A stretch of DNA of 64,000 nt from Trichoplax adhaerens (GCF_000150275.1 NW_002060950.1:2716106-2780105), one strand, 5' to 3'; counted from the stretch's first letter, positions 37,677 through 52,128 are shown. A program made the numbers and translations. The notes: generated by a model not told the origin, from the letters alone.

Positions 37677-40600
37677 TTATACGATTGCCATATTGCCCCA
37701 GCTTTCACCCACTTTGATAGAAACTTTCATCGGCACCTATTATGAAGCATTTTTATTTTAAATCCATTAATTGTAATTATCACTGAAATTAGGAAGCAAC
37801 TGACCGTTAATCTGATTTCATTGCCGATATTAGGGGATTCCATGACGTTATATAAAACTTCTAAACGAGGGCAAGTTGCAAATATATTAATACGGCTAGC
37901 ATAATTATTTTAATTATTAATGAGCAATAGCTAGCAGCTATTCATTTTAAAAATTATGATACTTGTAAATCCTGGAATTTCTTGGTTTTCAACCTCAAAT
38001 AACAATTCATCATGATTTTGTATTAAAAGCCTACCAAAAAGTTTTGCAAACAGTAATGATCTGTAATAATTTGAGAAGAATATTTCCTAATTCTAATAGT
38101 ATGTCTGTTGATAAGGTACATAATTTTGATATAAAAGCTAAAATCTCTGCGTAACTAACCTAACCGATTTAAACGCTTCGTCGGTAAGGATGGCAAATAA
38201 TTCAATCAATCTCAGTTTGTAAAGATCCGCTGCTGATCCTAAATGAATGAAGCTAAAAAAATTTATACTACCCAACACCCATTCATGTATAGCTAGCTAC
38301 TGCTTATGTTAAATTCTTAAAATGAAATATTTGTAATTTGATTTACTGAATCTGATAATAGCTAGAATACCCTGTATGATAAAACTAAAAGCTTGGCGTT
38401 CAGCACTTATCCGATTAAAATTATTTGATATACGCGTATTAAATTGTGTTGATTGCAAATAATGTCTTCTGCCCAGTATTGTTTTCGAGAAACCTGGTCG
38501 CACAAAATGATGATACTCGTACGTCATCGTCATTAACGTTCAACCAATAATAATTAAAAAATAATGGCGCTTTAATTACCACTGAAGATCTCTTACTAAC
38601 CTTGCTCATGACAACGCCTTATCAAATTCTGTTTATATTTTGCCACAGCTGGAAATTTTACTATAAAATAGTCACCAATATGTATTACTATTGCAATTAT
38701 AAGAGAAAACAAAAATCTCTTGCTTGCCTTCAAAGATTTGGATATAAGTCTGAGCCTCCTGAAACGATATATTGGACTGTCTCGCTAGAGATTTTGCACC
38801 TAAGTAGTAATTAATTCACCAAACTATAAGTACGTAGCTACGAATTTGCATCTATTTAGCAATTACTCTTCATAATGATACGCTGATAATTATAATTATT
38901 TGCGTTCTCTTGATATAAAATTATGGATGGAGCTCTGCGGTGAAGATGTTACAACAATCATAAACTGTACAGATAGAACATGCTGCCGTAAAATAATAAA
39001 TGAACTAGGTAAGCAAAATTTCTAGCTATAATGTGAGCAAACACTCTTAAGCTCATTACCTATACCATACAATATTGAATAGCATATTTCCTTAGCTTGA
39101 TCGAATTCTGCTTGACTGATGTCATCAATATTTTTGTTAAACCTGTAAAATTAAAGTGAGTCAATGAATTAGTTTTAAAAGTCATAATACCTATTATATA
39201 GTATTTTATCATTATAAGTAAGGATTTGTTTATTTCCGACTATAATCTAATCCATATATTAGCTAGAAATGATATTATCTCTTAAGAATTTTTACCAGAA
39301 TGTGGCCAGCCAAGTGTAGATATTTATCGTAGGATGTTCATTAAAAATTTGGAGTAACATGGAATCATTAGAAAAATGCGCTAGAAGACGAAGCTCAATT
39401 GCTTGAAAATCTGAAGGGAATGAATAGTATTACTCATTAATTAACAGTATGATTAGCCGATTACCCATCAATGACCATCACCATATGATAATAACATACC
39501 GACGCTTACTAAACTATAGTTCTTTTTGGTAATAATCATATCCCTTGGACTGTAACTACCTTTATAAGTTTCATTTTCATTTTCACCTTAAATCAATATT
39601 AGTAATTAGTTTTGAATTTGGCAGTAACATCAATCTTCTCCTACCGAAAATTTTAGTATCTTCTATCCCTCCAAAGTCAATCATTGCTTTAGGTATTGCC
39701 TGCATATTCTACGTGTGAAGAGCAAATAAGATTTGCAATCAGCTGTGACGAGGTGCTTGCTAGCAAAGTTCTCAACAATTTATAATTCCCGTCTTGTCTT
39801 ATGAAATGTCTAATGCTGTCCAATGACTCTTCTTGATAGTATTAATAGTTACAATGACAACAGACAACTAATTTTCATTAGATTCTACTACCGGTTTAGC
39901 GCAATTGATTCTTCCACAAAATGACGGTGTTTGTAGCCTAATTTAATTAGTGGGATTTTAAGAAGTCAGTACTGCATGATAGACTATTCTTTTATTATCA
40001 ATTTATTTAAGTACGAAATTAGCTAATACGGCAAAATTGGTTGTAATAATTTGAATTCACCATTGAGGTTGTAAATGATCCTATTGAAAAATGCTTCATC
40101 TTATATTTTTCTTCAGTATCTGCGAAAATGTGGTAATCATGAAATATCAAACGTATTTCAAACTAACCTTTTTCATTAACCTTAAAATTCCATCAATGGA
40201 GGTGGATTTTATTTTATTCAGCTAGTTTATAATATGAATATGTATGCTAGTTAGATCAATCATATAAGAGATATACGGTATCGATGATAAGTCACACTTG
40301 GTGGTTATTACCAGTCTATATCTTCGAATGATGGTGGGTAATGGGTGGGTATGTTCAAGAATGCGTAACTATAAAAGATACCTCTATTAAAGTAGCCTGG
40401 CATATTTTAAAATACCTTACGTAATTTAGTCAATCTTATATTTAACATATTAGATTTCGATAAAAGTGATAACAATGGCGCTATAAAACTGTGCTAGCAT
40501 CATTCGTTTGACTATCAAGTTATGGTAATGGTTCGGTTATGCTAATAATGTAATCTACAGCATAACTCACAACTTCGTCGGAAGTCGATAGACTTTGCTT

Positions 40601-43600
40601 TTTCTTGGTCTTTAGAACAAGATTTAATTTCAAGACTTGATCAAGTTTCAGTTTTTCGAATAAGATCTATGAAATGGTTTTATTAACATTAGTATGAACT
40701 TTATTGCAAAATAAATTGTTATTGTTTTAATATAGTACAAATAGTTAAACCAACCGTTTCGATCTGTTTTGGACTTTGTAACGAAAAGGAATAGCCTGAT
40801 ATCTGTAAAATGCTTTGTCTTAGTCTCTTAATGAATATTATACAGTAGACCTATAAGATGCAGCAGTTACGTTGGGCATGCAAATAATAAAATATAAATT
40901 TCTGGTTGCGAATTCATTTACTTGATGCGCCTTTTTTTCTAATGCTTCTAATTTAGCCTAAAGTTATTAATTCGGGAACAATAATGAAAAAAATATCACA
41001 GAGGATAGTAGAAATGAGTACGCAAGATACCTTTATTCAATTGTATTTCATAATATCATCGTAACAATATACCTCAAAAATTGGCTGATAATCTCTGAGT
41101 AATTCAGTATCTATTCTGATAGGCGTAATATCAAGAACTAACGATATGCAGTAAAATTTATCACGGCAGTTAGTCAACCTTCAGCCTCATTAGTATGTTA
41201 TATACTGACAGTCATTACAGTATAGTGCGTATTAATATCGTAATAATCATTTTTGCTTTACAAAAGTGAAATATTAAAGTTATGCGATCCTTACTTGCCA
41301 AAATAGTACTAATTTTCATCTCCACATTATAAAATAAATTCTCTAAATCACTTGACTTGTTAAAAGAATTTGAAGTTTAAAGGTTTTAAATTGCAACAAG
41401 GTTTATAGGTTACTGATACAGAAACAAATATTATATAAGTAGATTGAAAAATATCAGTAATATGAGACGAATTATTGCTCGTTTAAATACTTTCAAAGCA
41501 TGACAAAGTTGGAACATTAAGCGACGAATATTAGACAAATCAGTTGTAACTGAATCGTGCCAATTATTTCTGTCCTAATTGAAACAGCAAATTTATCAAG
41601 GATATCAGGTTGGTGTCATGTTGTTCTCGTTCTTTTAAATCAGGTCAAATACATAAAGCTATTAAGAATTGGCCTCATACGATTTTGTGAACAGGTAGTC
41701 CGTAAGAATTCATAAGCTCTTCATAATCTAATTTTCTATTATCTGAGTCTAATAACCAAACTGCAATCTTTGGATCTATGATCTTCCAATCCAAGGTAAC
41801 TTAAGATTTACCAAAAAATACAGGATATCCACTGTGAGCTACTTACTACACCTAAAATGTTATCTAAGCCTTAATCTGACCTGCTGTTTGTATTTCTTTC
41901 ATATAAAAACGAATCATATGATATAAGCAAGATTGCCAGTCATAGCAAATTTTGACAGTACTTGCGTTAAGCATAAAGTATACTAGTTCCCTGAGGTAGT
42001 AAGTGATAATTATAACAAAATGACCATAGAGTAATTAATCATTACACATTCAATGTTATATACGTACTTGCAAGTTTTCACAGTTTCTTGTTGACATTCG
42101 AAAGGAATAAGATAATGCTGTGGACGTATGGCGTCATTAATTGATGCAGAAATGGAAATCATTAACCCTTGTGGCTATAAAAGTAACGTAGTAGCATGTG
42201 ATATTAGTTATTGATACGGAAATTGGAAACATTATAATGATTAATCCGTGTTGCTGCAAGCATCCATTTTACGATATAAATCGTTACTAATTAACCTAGA
42301 TAAGACAATTATCTTGCTATCGGTTATGTACGATTCTTAAGTAACGTCTGCAACTTGATAACATGAGTTGTGAATGCTCAAAGAATTAATAGAAGATGAT
42401 CTCTTAGAGCTCATATTGAAAATAATTTGTTTGGACTTGAGCATGTAGCAAAGTATGCTACAATATAACACCCTAACTAACGTTACGAACCTTCAAAGCA
42501 TAGAACGGTGAGGTTATAAATTCCTTCATTTTCAAAGATGATAAATAGTCAATTAGAAATAAATATACATGGTTTAATCCGAAATTTCACAAGGTAATGG
42601 AGCCTTGCAATCAATAATACCTTATCCTGACTTCGATAATGTGGTTTTTTGTTGCTAAAATATATACAAAATGTTACATCTTCCGCATTCTGTATTAGCT
42701 GTTTAATAGCCATTATTTCGGTATTGGACATGTACGAAATATCGAATATTTCTGATTGTATGTAACCATTATTCGTTTGATCAGGTATTTTTACTTGATA
42801 ATCTGCTAGAGTATTATTTACGCTTTGGATTGCATTATTGCTCTATAAATAGGTCATAATTCGAGATTATAAATGTAGTACGATGCTTCATTTCAGATAT
42901 GCAAAATAATATACTGTCAACTACTATTGAGTTCATCAATTCCGATACTATACAGTCGGATGACTTTATCCTAGAGTAGCGCAATTGGTTTATTCATAAT
43001 TTATTCTTTGTAACTAACGTTACATGTTAGGCGAATCTATTGATTTAATGCTAATATAAGTTCAAGTTGCTACTGCATTGCAAACCTTGATATTGTGATC
43101 CAATGAATTTTCTAATTCTTCAAAGTTACTAGTGCGAGTCTCCGTGCTATCTTCTTGAGCTTTGTTATATTCTATCATAATGATATCAATGAAGTTAAAA
43201 TCTATTTTGTATCATTAGTGATGTTGTGATTAGTTTTTAAGCTAAACTGTCATGAGATGGCTTGATATATGTACTCCTTAACCCTTTTAGTTTATATAAC
43301 ACTTTTATGTTTGATATAGCCTTAGAAGTATCTTGTCTTGTACAGTATTGTCTTAAAAACGTAGGGAAATATTAACCTATGGTAAGCTTTAATAAGGCAC
43401 TTGTAAATCTTTGTAATAACACGACTACTAAGTACTTACGTTGTTTTGCTATTTGCTTTGGCATTGTGTGTAGTTCACTACCTGTAGTAGGGTTTTTTTC
43501 AATGAATTTTTCTGGACAAGAATGACCAAACCCTTCGTTATGTGTGATCTTTCTTGAGTTATCTGGGACACTCCTTTGATTTTGGTGAGCTGTTAATCAT

Positions 43601-44234
43601 TCATTGAAATTCAACGGGTTACTGAATATTAACGTGTTATTTCACTTTCGGTAAGAAGGAGAAAATTTAATTCTACTCGTCGTGATCACATTTGATCATC
43701 AAATTTTCCAAATAATTATGCGATAGCAAGCATATACTGATTTTCGTATGTGTTAAGTGCTCAGTTTAGCCAGCGATATCAACATTTATACTTCACCCCT
43801 AGCAGACATATCTTGTCGATGTTGATCACCGTTGGAATTTCCTGTACTATATTGCCAATTAGAGCTCAAGTTTCTTACTGGTAACCAGAAGGTATAATCT
43901 ATCAAGTGGAGATAGATGCAATATGTTAATTATTCCAATTTCAGTCCAACTAGCTTGCCCTTCTTAGCATAGAAATCCGATGCCATGATTGAATAAAGTG
44001 ATATAGGTCATCGAAATAGATATAGTGATGATTTCAGTGTCTCTACACCAATATTCACTGGTGGCTGTGTCAAGCATTACCGGTATGCTTACAGAGAGAA
44101 AATTGATTTCCATTGAATCAGTCACTGAAAATACTGTGCTTACCTTCAATACCACCGTGAGATACCGGGATTGTAGGGTAATTTTGACTAAGTCGCTGTA
44201 AAATGTGAGAAAGTTGTTCATTGCTCAACGCCAT
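37677..44234 (-). CDS. POLN: DNA polymerase nu (family A, no helicase domain), many short exons
   Basis: Motif A SVDFQAIELRLLAHFS (~39510-39365). Motif B region QAKEICYSILYGIG (~39100-39060). Also WLQTPSFCGRINCAKPNMQAIPK, ERQAFSFIIQGSAAD, motif C LLIQNHDELLFEV (~38030-37990) and terminal VPMKVSIKVGESWG. Probable start MALSNEQ at 44234; the N-terminal exons are less certain. Confidence 0.85.
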
Positions 44235-44449
44235 TTTCTAGCAAGGCACCAAATTACTAAGCAAGCAGTGGCTAGAACGATATCAATTCTGCCGAGTTTT
44301 CACACAAAATGACGGCTCCCAAATTGACGTTGACTTTTATCTACAGTATGACATACAGAGCAGAAAGGGTGTCACAGCTGAGGACATTGACGCAGTCAGT
44401 GTCACTTTACAAAATGTTGAAAAATGAGCTCGAAAATACTGAGTTCAAT

Positions 44450-45690
44450 ATGGAAATTTGAAGAGAGCTCAGTGATGATGATAATCGACATGACCTGTAA
44501 TTGTGTACGTGTCACGATTATTGACGCTTCGTAGCTGACGCATTTCTGTCCTTTTTCCAACGTCGGACCTAATGCCATCTTGTGACTTGATAATGTAGTA
44601 TTGAAATTTGAATAGAGCTCAGTGATGATGATGATAATCAACACGACCTGTAATTGTGTAAATGTCACGATTATTGACGCTCCGTAACTGATGCATTTAG
44701 TCCTTTTCCAACGTAGGACCTAGGTAGGCCATCTTGCGACTTGATAGTGTAGTATGGAAATTTGAATAGAGCTCAGTGATGATGATGATAATCAACATGA
44801 CCTGTAATTGTGTACATGTCACGCTTATTGACGCTCCGTAACTGATGCATTTAGTCCTTTTCCAACGTAGGACCTAGGTAGGCCATCTTGCGACTTGATA
44901 GTGTAGTATGGAAATTTGAATAGAGCTCAGTGATGATGATGATAATCAACATGACCTGTAATTGTGTACGTGTCACGATTATTGACGCTTCGTAGCTGAC
45001 GCATTTCTGTCCTTTTCTAACGTAGGACCTAATGCCATCTTGTGACTTGATAATGTAGTATGGAAATTTGAATAAAGCTCAGTGATGATGATGATAATCA
45101 ACATGACCTGTAATTGTGTACGTGTCACGATTATTGACGCTTTATAGCTGACGCAAGTATTTTAGTCCTTTTCCAACGTAGGACCTAATGCCATCTTGTG
45201 ACTTGATAATATAGTATTGAAATTTGAAGAGAGCTCAGTGATCATGATGATCATCAACACGACCTGTAATTGTGTACGTGTCACGATTATTGACGCTTCG
45301 TAGCTGATGCATTTTAGTCCTTTTCCAACGTAGGACCTACCTAGGTAGGCCATCTTGCGACTTGATAATGTAGTATTGAAATTTGAAGAGAGCTCAGTGA
45401 TCATGATGATCATTAACACCAACTATAATTGCATGCGTGTCTCGATTATTGACGCTCCGTAGCTGATGTGTTTCCGCCCTTTTCCAATGTAGGACCTAAC
45501 GGTCATTCTGTGACTTGATACCGTAGTGTGGAAATTTGAAAAGAGCTCAGTGATGATGATGACAATCAACACGACCTGTAATGGTGTACGTGTCACGACT
45601 GTTGACGCTACGTAGCTGACGCATTTCAGTCCTTTTCCAACGTAGCACCTAATGGTCTTCCTCTTACTTGATAACGTAGGAATGGCCATT
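44450..45690. repeat. Tandem array, 8 x ~153-bp unit, ~200 bp upstream of the POLN start
   Basis: The (g/a)agctcagtgat anchor occurs at 44465, 44615, 44769, 44923, 45075, 45231, 45390 and 45543 (periods 150-159 bp). Confidence 0.95.
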
Positions 45691-48600
45691 TAAAAAGCCT
45701 CAACGAGATCAGTTTTATTGGAGATACTGTACTAATATTGTGGCACATTTCCTTCTTTTTTACTAAATAGCTTGGATTTCTTTGTAATTTCCCTTTTATC
45801 GACATTGCCGTGACGTATATGTAAATTGTAGACAAAAATATAGAATCTAGGCATATTTTTTATCTATATTTCATGAGTCAGTATCGTAATAGCCTTTAAA
45901 TGATAAGAAGAATACTGCTTTCATCTTGCCAACTTGTCAATAAACCCTATACAGGAATACTGTGCAATTAGATGGTGCAAAATCGGTGTATAGAACCTAT
46001 CCGTGTTGAATTAATTGATGTCATACTTCTTCCTAACGTTTTCCAAAGATAGAAATCATACTACTAATGATAATGGCCTATTTACTCTTCAAAAAATATC
46101 CTGAGCAATGTTCAACAGTGGTTATAATTTTTCCTCATCCCTATCAGAGGCAGACGTCATACTATCTGTGATAATGTTCGACTAGTTATTCTAAAGGCGC
46201 CAATGAGATCAGTTTATCTTTGATATTTACCAATTGCAATGTTCTATGTCGTTCGGCTTATTAATCACTAGCCACGGATGGCATTGTTATATAAAGGAAG
46301 CAGATTTGAATATTGCTAACTTATAGAATGTATACTTGGTTTAACTGAGCTTACTGATGCTCTCTTTGAATAATCAATTCCATGTTATTATTGGCGGTAT
46401 GACCCATAGGCGTACGTTAGATTGAAATAGAACGGCTACTGAGTGACTGTTATGCTGAAAGTAGCTACTAAAGACCATGCTATTGCAAGCTAATGTTCGA
46501 TTCGTTAATTATTGTTATATAAATGAACTTGTAATCTGCATGTACTTCCTTGCCGGAAATTATCTTGAAAACTACCTCTATTAAGTAATAATGATGAGAT
46601 GCATATCCGTGAATATAATCTCTGTGCACTTGATCGATCTCATCCGTAAATATAAGTACACTCACATACAACGTTAATAAAAGAATCGTCAATAGAATCA
46701 GTCATCTTGATATCAATGCTGCAGCGCATTTCATACTATACTTTATCAGCTTGTATTTCCTTTAAATTGTATATTTATACTTCATTTAGAAACCTAATTG
46801 CTTGCTACCAATGATCTTGTTAAAAGTACAAAACGGACTTTGTACTATTAATTTATTGATGTATACGCGTATTATGTCAAAATAAAGTAAAGGATTAACA
46901 AGCTAGCAACTGTCGATATGTCGGGACGGTCACATTCTTTATTAGCGCGACTACGATAGTGTTGCATTGTTTACTTAATTAAAAGATTTTAACGGATCAG
47001 CTATTTTTGATATCGACATCATGCCACATTTTTAATTATACTCTGCTAGCTAATTATATGATAGTTAGCATAGTAGTTGCTGGTCATGCATGATATGAAT
47101 AGAAATAAAAAATAGCTAATTTACCAACAGAACGTATGAATAGACAGTAGCTGATGCATTTCTTTTTCATTAGTATTTATTTTTACAAATTTCTGCTGAT
47201 TAACCAGATTAATACTAATAATTGAATCTGTTTATATTATTTTAACTTATACAGAGATACGTTCTAATGCTCGCAAACTTTTCTCTAGATTACTTGCAGT
47301 ACCATTACATAAAAAAATTAATTCTATCATCCTATAAACTAGATGCTTCGGAACTACAGTATAAATGCAGCAAATTTACTACGTCACAGTTTCGCTGATT
47401 TATTCAATCTATTTATGATTTCATTTCTCCTTTTTTATTACAGTAGAAACACTGGACGCAATTCTCACGTACGAAAATGCAGTAGACACAGTTTTAAAAT
47501 ATCGAAAAAACACATAATTTTCGTAACAAATATTACAACAAGAGCTACAACTAGATATTCAATGCTTTCTAATACAACGAGTAAAGCATTTCTCAATAGA
47601 GTTAATAGAATAACAGAGATTACTTTTGCGTCAAAATTGAATAATGTTTACAAGATATTAAGATCATGGGCGGTACTCATTACCGTTTGTACGCTAGAGG
47701 TGTGATGTTAGCCTTATTAAGGTAGATAATGATTTATGTGTCACGAAGATACTCTGTACACAATTGTATATAAGCAGGAGATTTTATCTCCGAAGACAGA
47801 GTAGCCATAGATAATCTAGTCCTTGGTAGAAGACGTAATTATTGTAATAAAGTGATTTTCCTTCAAGTTGTGGAAGTCGTTGCGTTTCGATAGACACATT
47901 ATTACACCGTTATACGGCAATAACGAAAGACAGTCCCATTTTGATTGATTGCAAAATTTATTAAAGGCACTATTACTTTTTCATAAATGATTCTAAAAAG
48001 TATAGCTAAAAAATTGATACTGTTGCATGTTTTTTTGAAAGACAATCCGTCATATTTGGTATCGTTAATTTTGCACAGCCTATGCTATCGAGAATTGCTT
48101 TTCTTCCTCTTTTAAAATCCAAAGGCGATTTCTTTTGTTATTTAGAAATAGGTTATGGTATTGTATCATTGCCTCATTTAATTTTATTTCAATAGAGTTT
48201 CTTACGATATGCTATGATAAATTTATTTAGAGCAATTAATTCCAAATATTTATCAATCCCGAATTGTTTTATTTTTCGATAGTTAGTTAATAGCTATTAT
48301 TTATTAGCATTCACTATCGAGTGCATTCGATACGAGTATTACAACATTGAAAATATCTGCCATAGGTAAAAAGAGTGGTAGTTACCTACTTTGTTTTCCT
48401 TTCGAGTGGTCACTGTATCTACTTTAATTTTGTATCCTATACGTATTTAAGACATAAGCTTGTATTTCATGTTATATCCAGACCCATTTGATGCAACTCA
48501 TCAATGACTCACAGAGCAACATTAGAAATGGCTTAAATAGATATTACTTTACATTCTTGGAAATAATCCTTTTACGATATCAACAAAGCCTTCCCTTTAG

Positions 48601-48898
48601 TTCAATTTTTTTCTTTAGTTTAACGTAATTATAGCATTGATCGTCTATCAAGGAGGTAATCTATTTCCATAGATACAAAATATAATTTCAGAAACAACAA
48701 ACATATTAACGCACAAGTCTAATCATTGCAATGTTTATGAAAATTTGTAATCTTAATGTAGCTTTTATCGTGCGTAGTATATCTCTTACAGATTATATGA
48801 TATTCAGCTGAATAGAGTAAGCATGTCTGTTGTAAACTAGAGAATCTTGCTAAGTATTACCTAGCAATCCTTCTCCTACAGTGCAATTGACTTATCTG

Positions 48899-49555
48899 TA
48901 TGGTGTTCCCGAAATCATTAGGGTCTATTGGATTCAAAATAAAAAATATCATACTGTATTTTACTGTTAGCAAATTCACGTAAACAAGTTTTCCGATATG
49001 TTGAGCTTATTATATAGTTTACCGTACTCTATGCATATGTGCAATACGAATTATAAGAATATATTGAATACAAATAAAACGATCCTAGTCTAAAATTCAC
49101 TGTCAGAAAAATTCATATAAAGAAGTATTGCGACATGATGGACATGTTAAAGCGCACTGTGCACCCATATGGTATTCCCAAAAGTGTATATTGGATTACA
49201 ACAAAATTATCATACTATACTTTACTATCAATAAATTCAAGCAAAGAAGTTTTACAACATATTGAGTTTATTATAGCGTATGCAAGTGTATCATATGAAT
49301 TATAAGAATATATATTGGAATCAAACAAAATGATCCTAGTCTAAATTTCACTAATAGGAAATCCATACAAAGAAATCTTGCGACATGTTGGGCTAGTTAG
49401 AATATAGCGAATTCTGATGCAACTGCATAGTACTCAGCTGCTGTTCCATAAGCATCATACGAACATATTCGATTACAAATAAAATGATGATCATACGGTA
49501 TTTCACTAGCTATCAGCAACTTGATTAAAAGAAATTTTTGCGACATGTTGGAAAT
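48899..49555. repeat. Degenerate higher-order tandem repeat (~130-bp subunits arranged as ~265-bp dimers)
   Basis: tatggt(g/a)ttccc...attggatt...atcatact...gaattataagaatata...gatcctagtctaaa...ttgcgacatg occurs at 48899-49143 and 49168-49394, with a further partial subunit at ~49457-49555. Confidence 0.75.
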
Positions 49556-49701
49556 GTTATTATAACCATAAACGTAGAGGTTAAAAAACTTTCTTCTATC
49601 TATACATATACACAAACATGCAACAAGGAACAAATATACAGTACTAAAAAAGAAAACCGAAAATGCTTTTATCGTCTATCTGGTAAGTTAAGTATAATGT
49701 A

Positions 49702-49868
49702 GTTTCCATGGACCAATACACTAGTGTACGACTGTTTAGTGTGCAATGCCGTACTCTACCCATAGAGATCTGTATGGACTGAACGAGACAGTACTGAACC
49801 TGAAAACATCTCACTACATCTATGGGACTAAGCAGCAGACGGTAAAATGGCGTCATCACCATGGCAAC
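49702..49868. promoter_or_regulatory. X-box-like motifs upstream of SAXO
   Basis: GTTTCCATGGACC (~49702) and CACCATGGCAAC (49857-49868) lie ~200-360 bp before the ATG of a ciliary gene. Confidence 0.5.
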
Positions 49869-50065
49869 AGTCTCGACAATGTTGATAAATACAAGGTTTT
49901 CGTTGTATTGACTACACATACAAGATTCTCCTTGTATTGACTACAGCTCAAATACAATTATTTTACTAGTTATCTATCCATATTACCGATCCAGAGTTCT
50001 TCAATTTGAGGAGATTATTGGTGGACTCGACCAGAATAGAAAAATTCCTTCGATGCCGTTGTAAA

Positions 50066-52128
50066 ATGAAAAAGACAAGATGTATTTGCCAAATATGCAC
50101 CTGTGGGTAAGTAATGTTTTCAGTTTTATTCGAAGACGGCTCGTAAAAATTTCTTACATGGAATATAATTTAATAAAGAGATAAAATAGATTTAGGGCCC
50201 CACTTTTTCATGCTATGGATATCGCATGAGACAATTAATTAATTATAATTTTTATAGTAATGAAAGATAAAAGATAAATCATTTTCATCAAGGTTTAGCA
50301 TAACAACCTAAAACTCTTGCAGTAATGCTTTCTCTAGCTGTTTAAATTTTTCTCCATGACATATGATACTATAAATGCATAGAAATTAGTATTGGTTCGA
50401 TGATAATTCGAGTTGGTATTAAAATTATGATAGTAATTATAAAACTTCGTCAGCATTTTTGGTGATCATACAAGTAACCTAATAGCCACGAAATCTTTAA
50501 ATATTACTTTAACTGAACATGAATATTAAACCCTTTCTGGGCAATGTCATATCTTACTGTAAATTTAAGATGCGTTAATTCATCATAATTAAAAGGATCT
50601 AGTTAAGAGTAGGACATTCCAGTTTTCTTTCTTTGAAATTTTATTTAAATTTGTATTAATAGTGAATACCTGTATCATCTATAAAACTATCAGGCGCCAT
50701 CGATGCCCTCATAAACCAATAACTGCCAAGAAAACACCGTTAAAAGATTGTTTAATAACAGAATATCAAACGTCGTACAAACAAAACGAAGGATTTCAAC
50801 CACCTCAACCAGTTAAACCGATGGAAATGTCTCGACCTCAGACATCGCCTATGGACTTAACCACCACTAACAGAGTTGATTATAAAGTATATAATGTTCA
50901 ATTGCCTCCCAAAAAAAATCAAGTAACATTTGAAACTCCGCAAGGACCACTATATTTAGAATCAACTTATAGAAATGTTTATACAGCAAAATCTATAACA
51001 AAAGAAAAGAGCTATAAAACTCGATCGGAGTATATTGTCCCGGCAGCCAAATTTAATGGTAGTACTGTTAATCGAGATAGCTTCAAAACGTGGAGTGTTG
51101 CTCCTAGGAAAGCTATTAAACCAGATTATGATAAAACATGTGCCTTAATAGTATTCGACAATGATGATGGCAGATCAGATGGTAAATCTACCGCACAAGT
51201 TGATTTTCCAAAGTATGCCGTCGCAAGACCTGTTATTGTTAAACCTGTAATATCAAGCTATCAGTCAGGGGGTGAGTTCGATTCAAATACGATACACAGA
51301 CTTTGTTATACCGCTAAACAGGTCCCGATATTTCGACACAAAGTAGCAGAAAAGTATAAACCCCATGCGGGTGAAATGGAGTCTTTGACAACTCATAAGC
51401 AAGACTTTATTCAACATCGTTGTTCGCCGGTTACAACATGTAAGCCACCCGAAAAATCTCATATATCAGATGAGAAGTCGCATTACACTACAACTAATCG
51501 AGAAACGTTTAAAGCTTGGGATGTGCGCAGGCCAATGTATATGGATCAAATGGAGCAATATAAGATACCAGATAAGCCAATGGAATTTAATACTGTTTCA
51601 CGATCGACCTATGTTCATCACGAGAACTTTGAGAAAAGATCAGCTAATAAGCCCCAACCAGTCGCTGTCAGTAATGATAATCGACAACCATTCCAAGGTT
51701 TGACAACCAGTAGATCGGCTTATCAACCTTGGGAAACTTCACGATCTCAACCGAATCGTGAACAACGTATTTATGCTCCACCTCAGGATAAATTCAATGG
51801 TGAATCAACTCATCGTGCGTGCTTTCAGGGACAATTTGTACCTCCAGCAGCAAGTAGTAAACCTAAGGAAACTTATGTTAAAGCTGAAGGAGATATGTAC
51901 TTGATGAGCAGTTACCGCGATAATTATAAAAATAATGAAATACCTTATTGTCCGGCTGTACCACTTCTTTCAAATAGACTACCTAGTAATCAGCCTAATT
52001 TTAAGTACTCGCATAAAAATCAAGGTGGACATAAATTTTACAGGATGACCATAGAAAATAAGGATACAACGATGACAGTTGATATTCCTAACCAGCCTTC
52101 CACTATTACAGTCTCGGTACCTAGCTAA
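50066..52128 (+). CDS. SAXO: Stabilizer of axonemal microtubules (SAXO1/2, FAM154 family), 2 exons, ~491 aa
   Basis: Exon 1 (50066-50106) MKKTRCICQICTCG plus exon 2 (from 50694) RHRCPH gives the SAXO N-terminal CxCxxCxCGRHxCPH motif. Repeated Mn-like modules follow (TTTNRVDY, STYRNVY, TTHKQDF, TTNRETF, STHRACF). Confidence 0.92.

Noticed and set aside
37677-44234. POLQ (polymerase theta) assignment
   Set aside because: There is no N-terminal superfamily-2 helicase domain and the gene is too short; the architecture fits POLN.
44402-45835. Hydrophobic repeat ORFs on the minus strand
   Set aside because: They are products of the ~153-bp array and its (ATC)n tract. Unit lengths vary out of frame and stops interrupt them.
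47343-47705. 120-aa ORF
   Set aside because: AT-rich, with no domain similarity or supporting exon structure.
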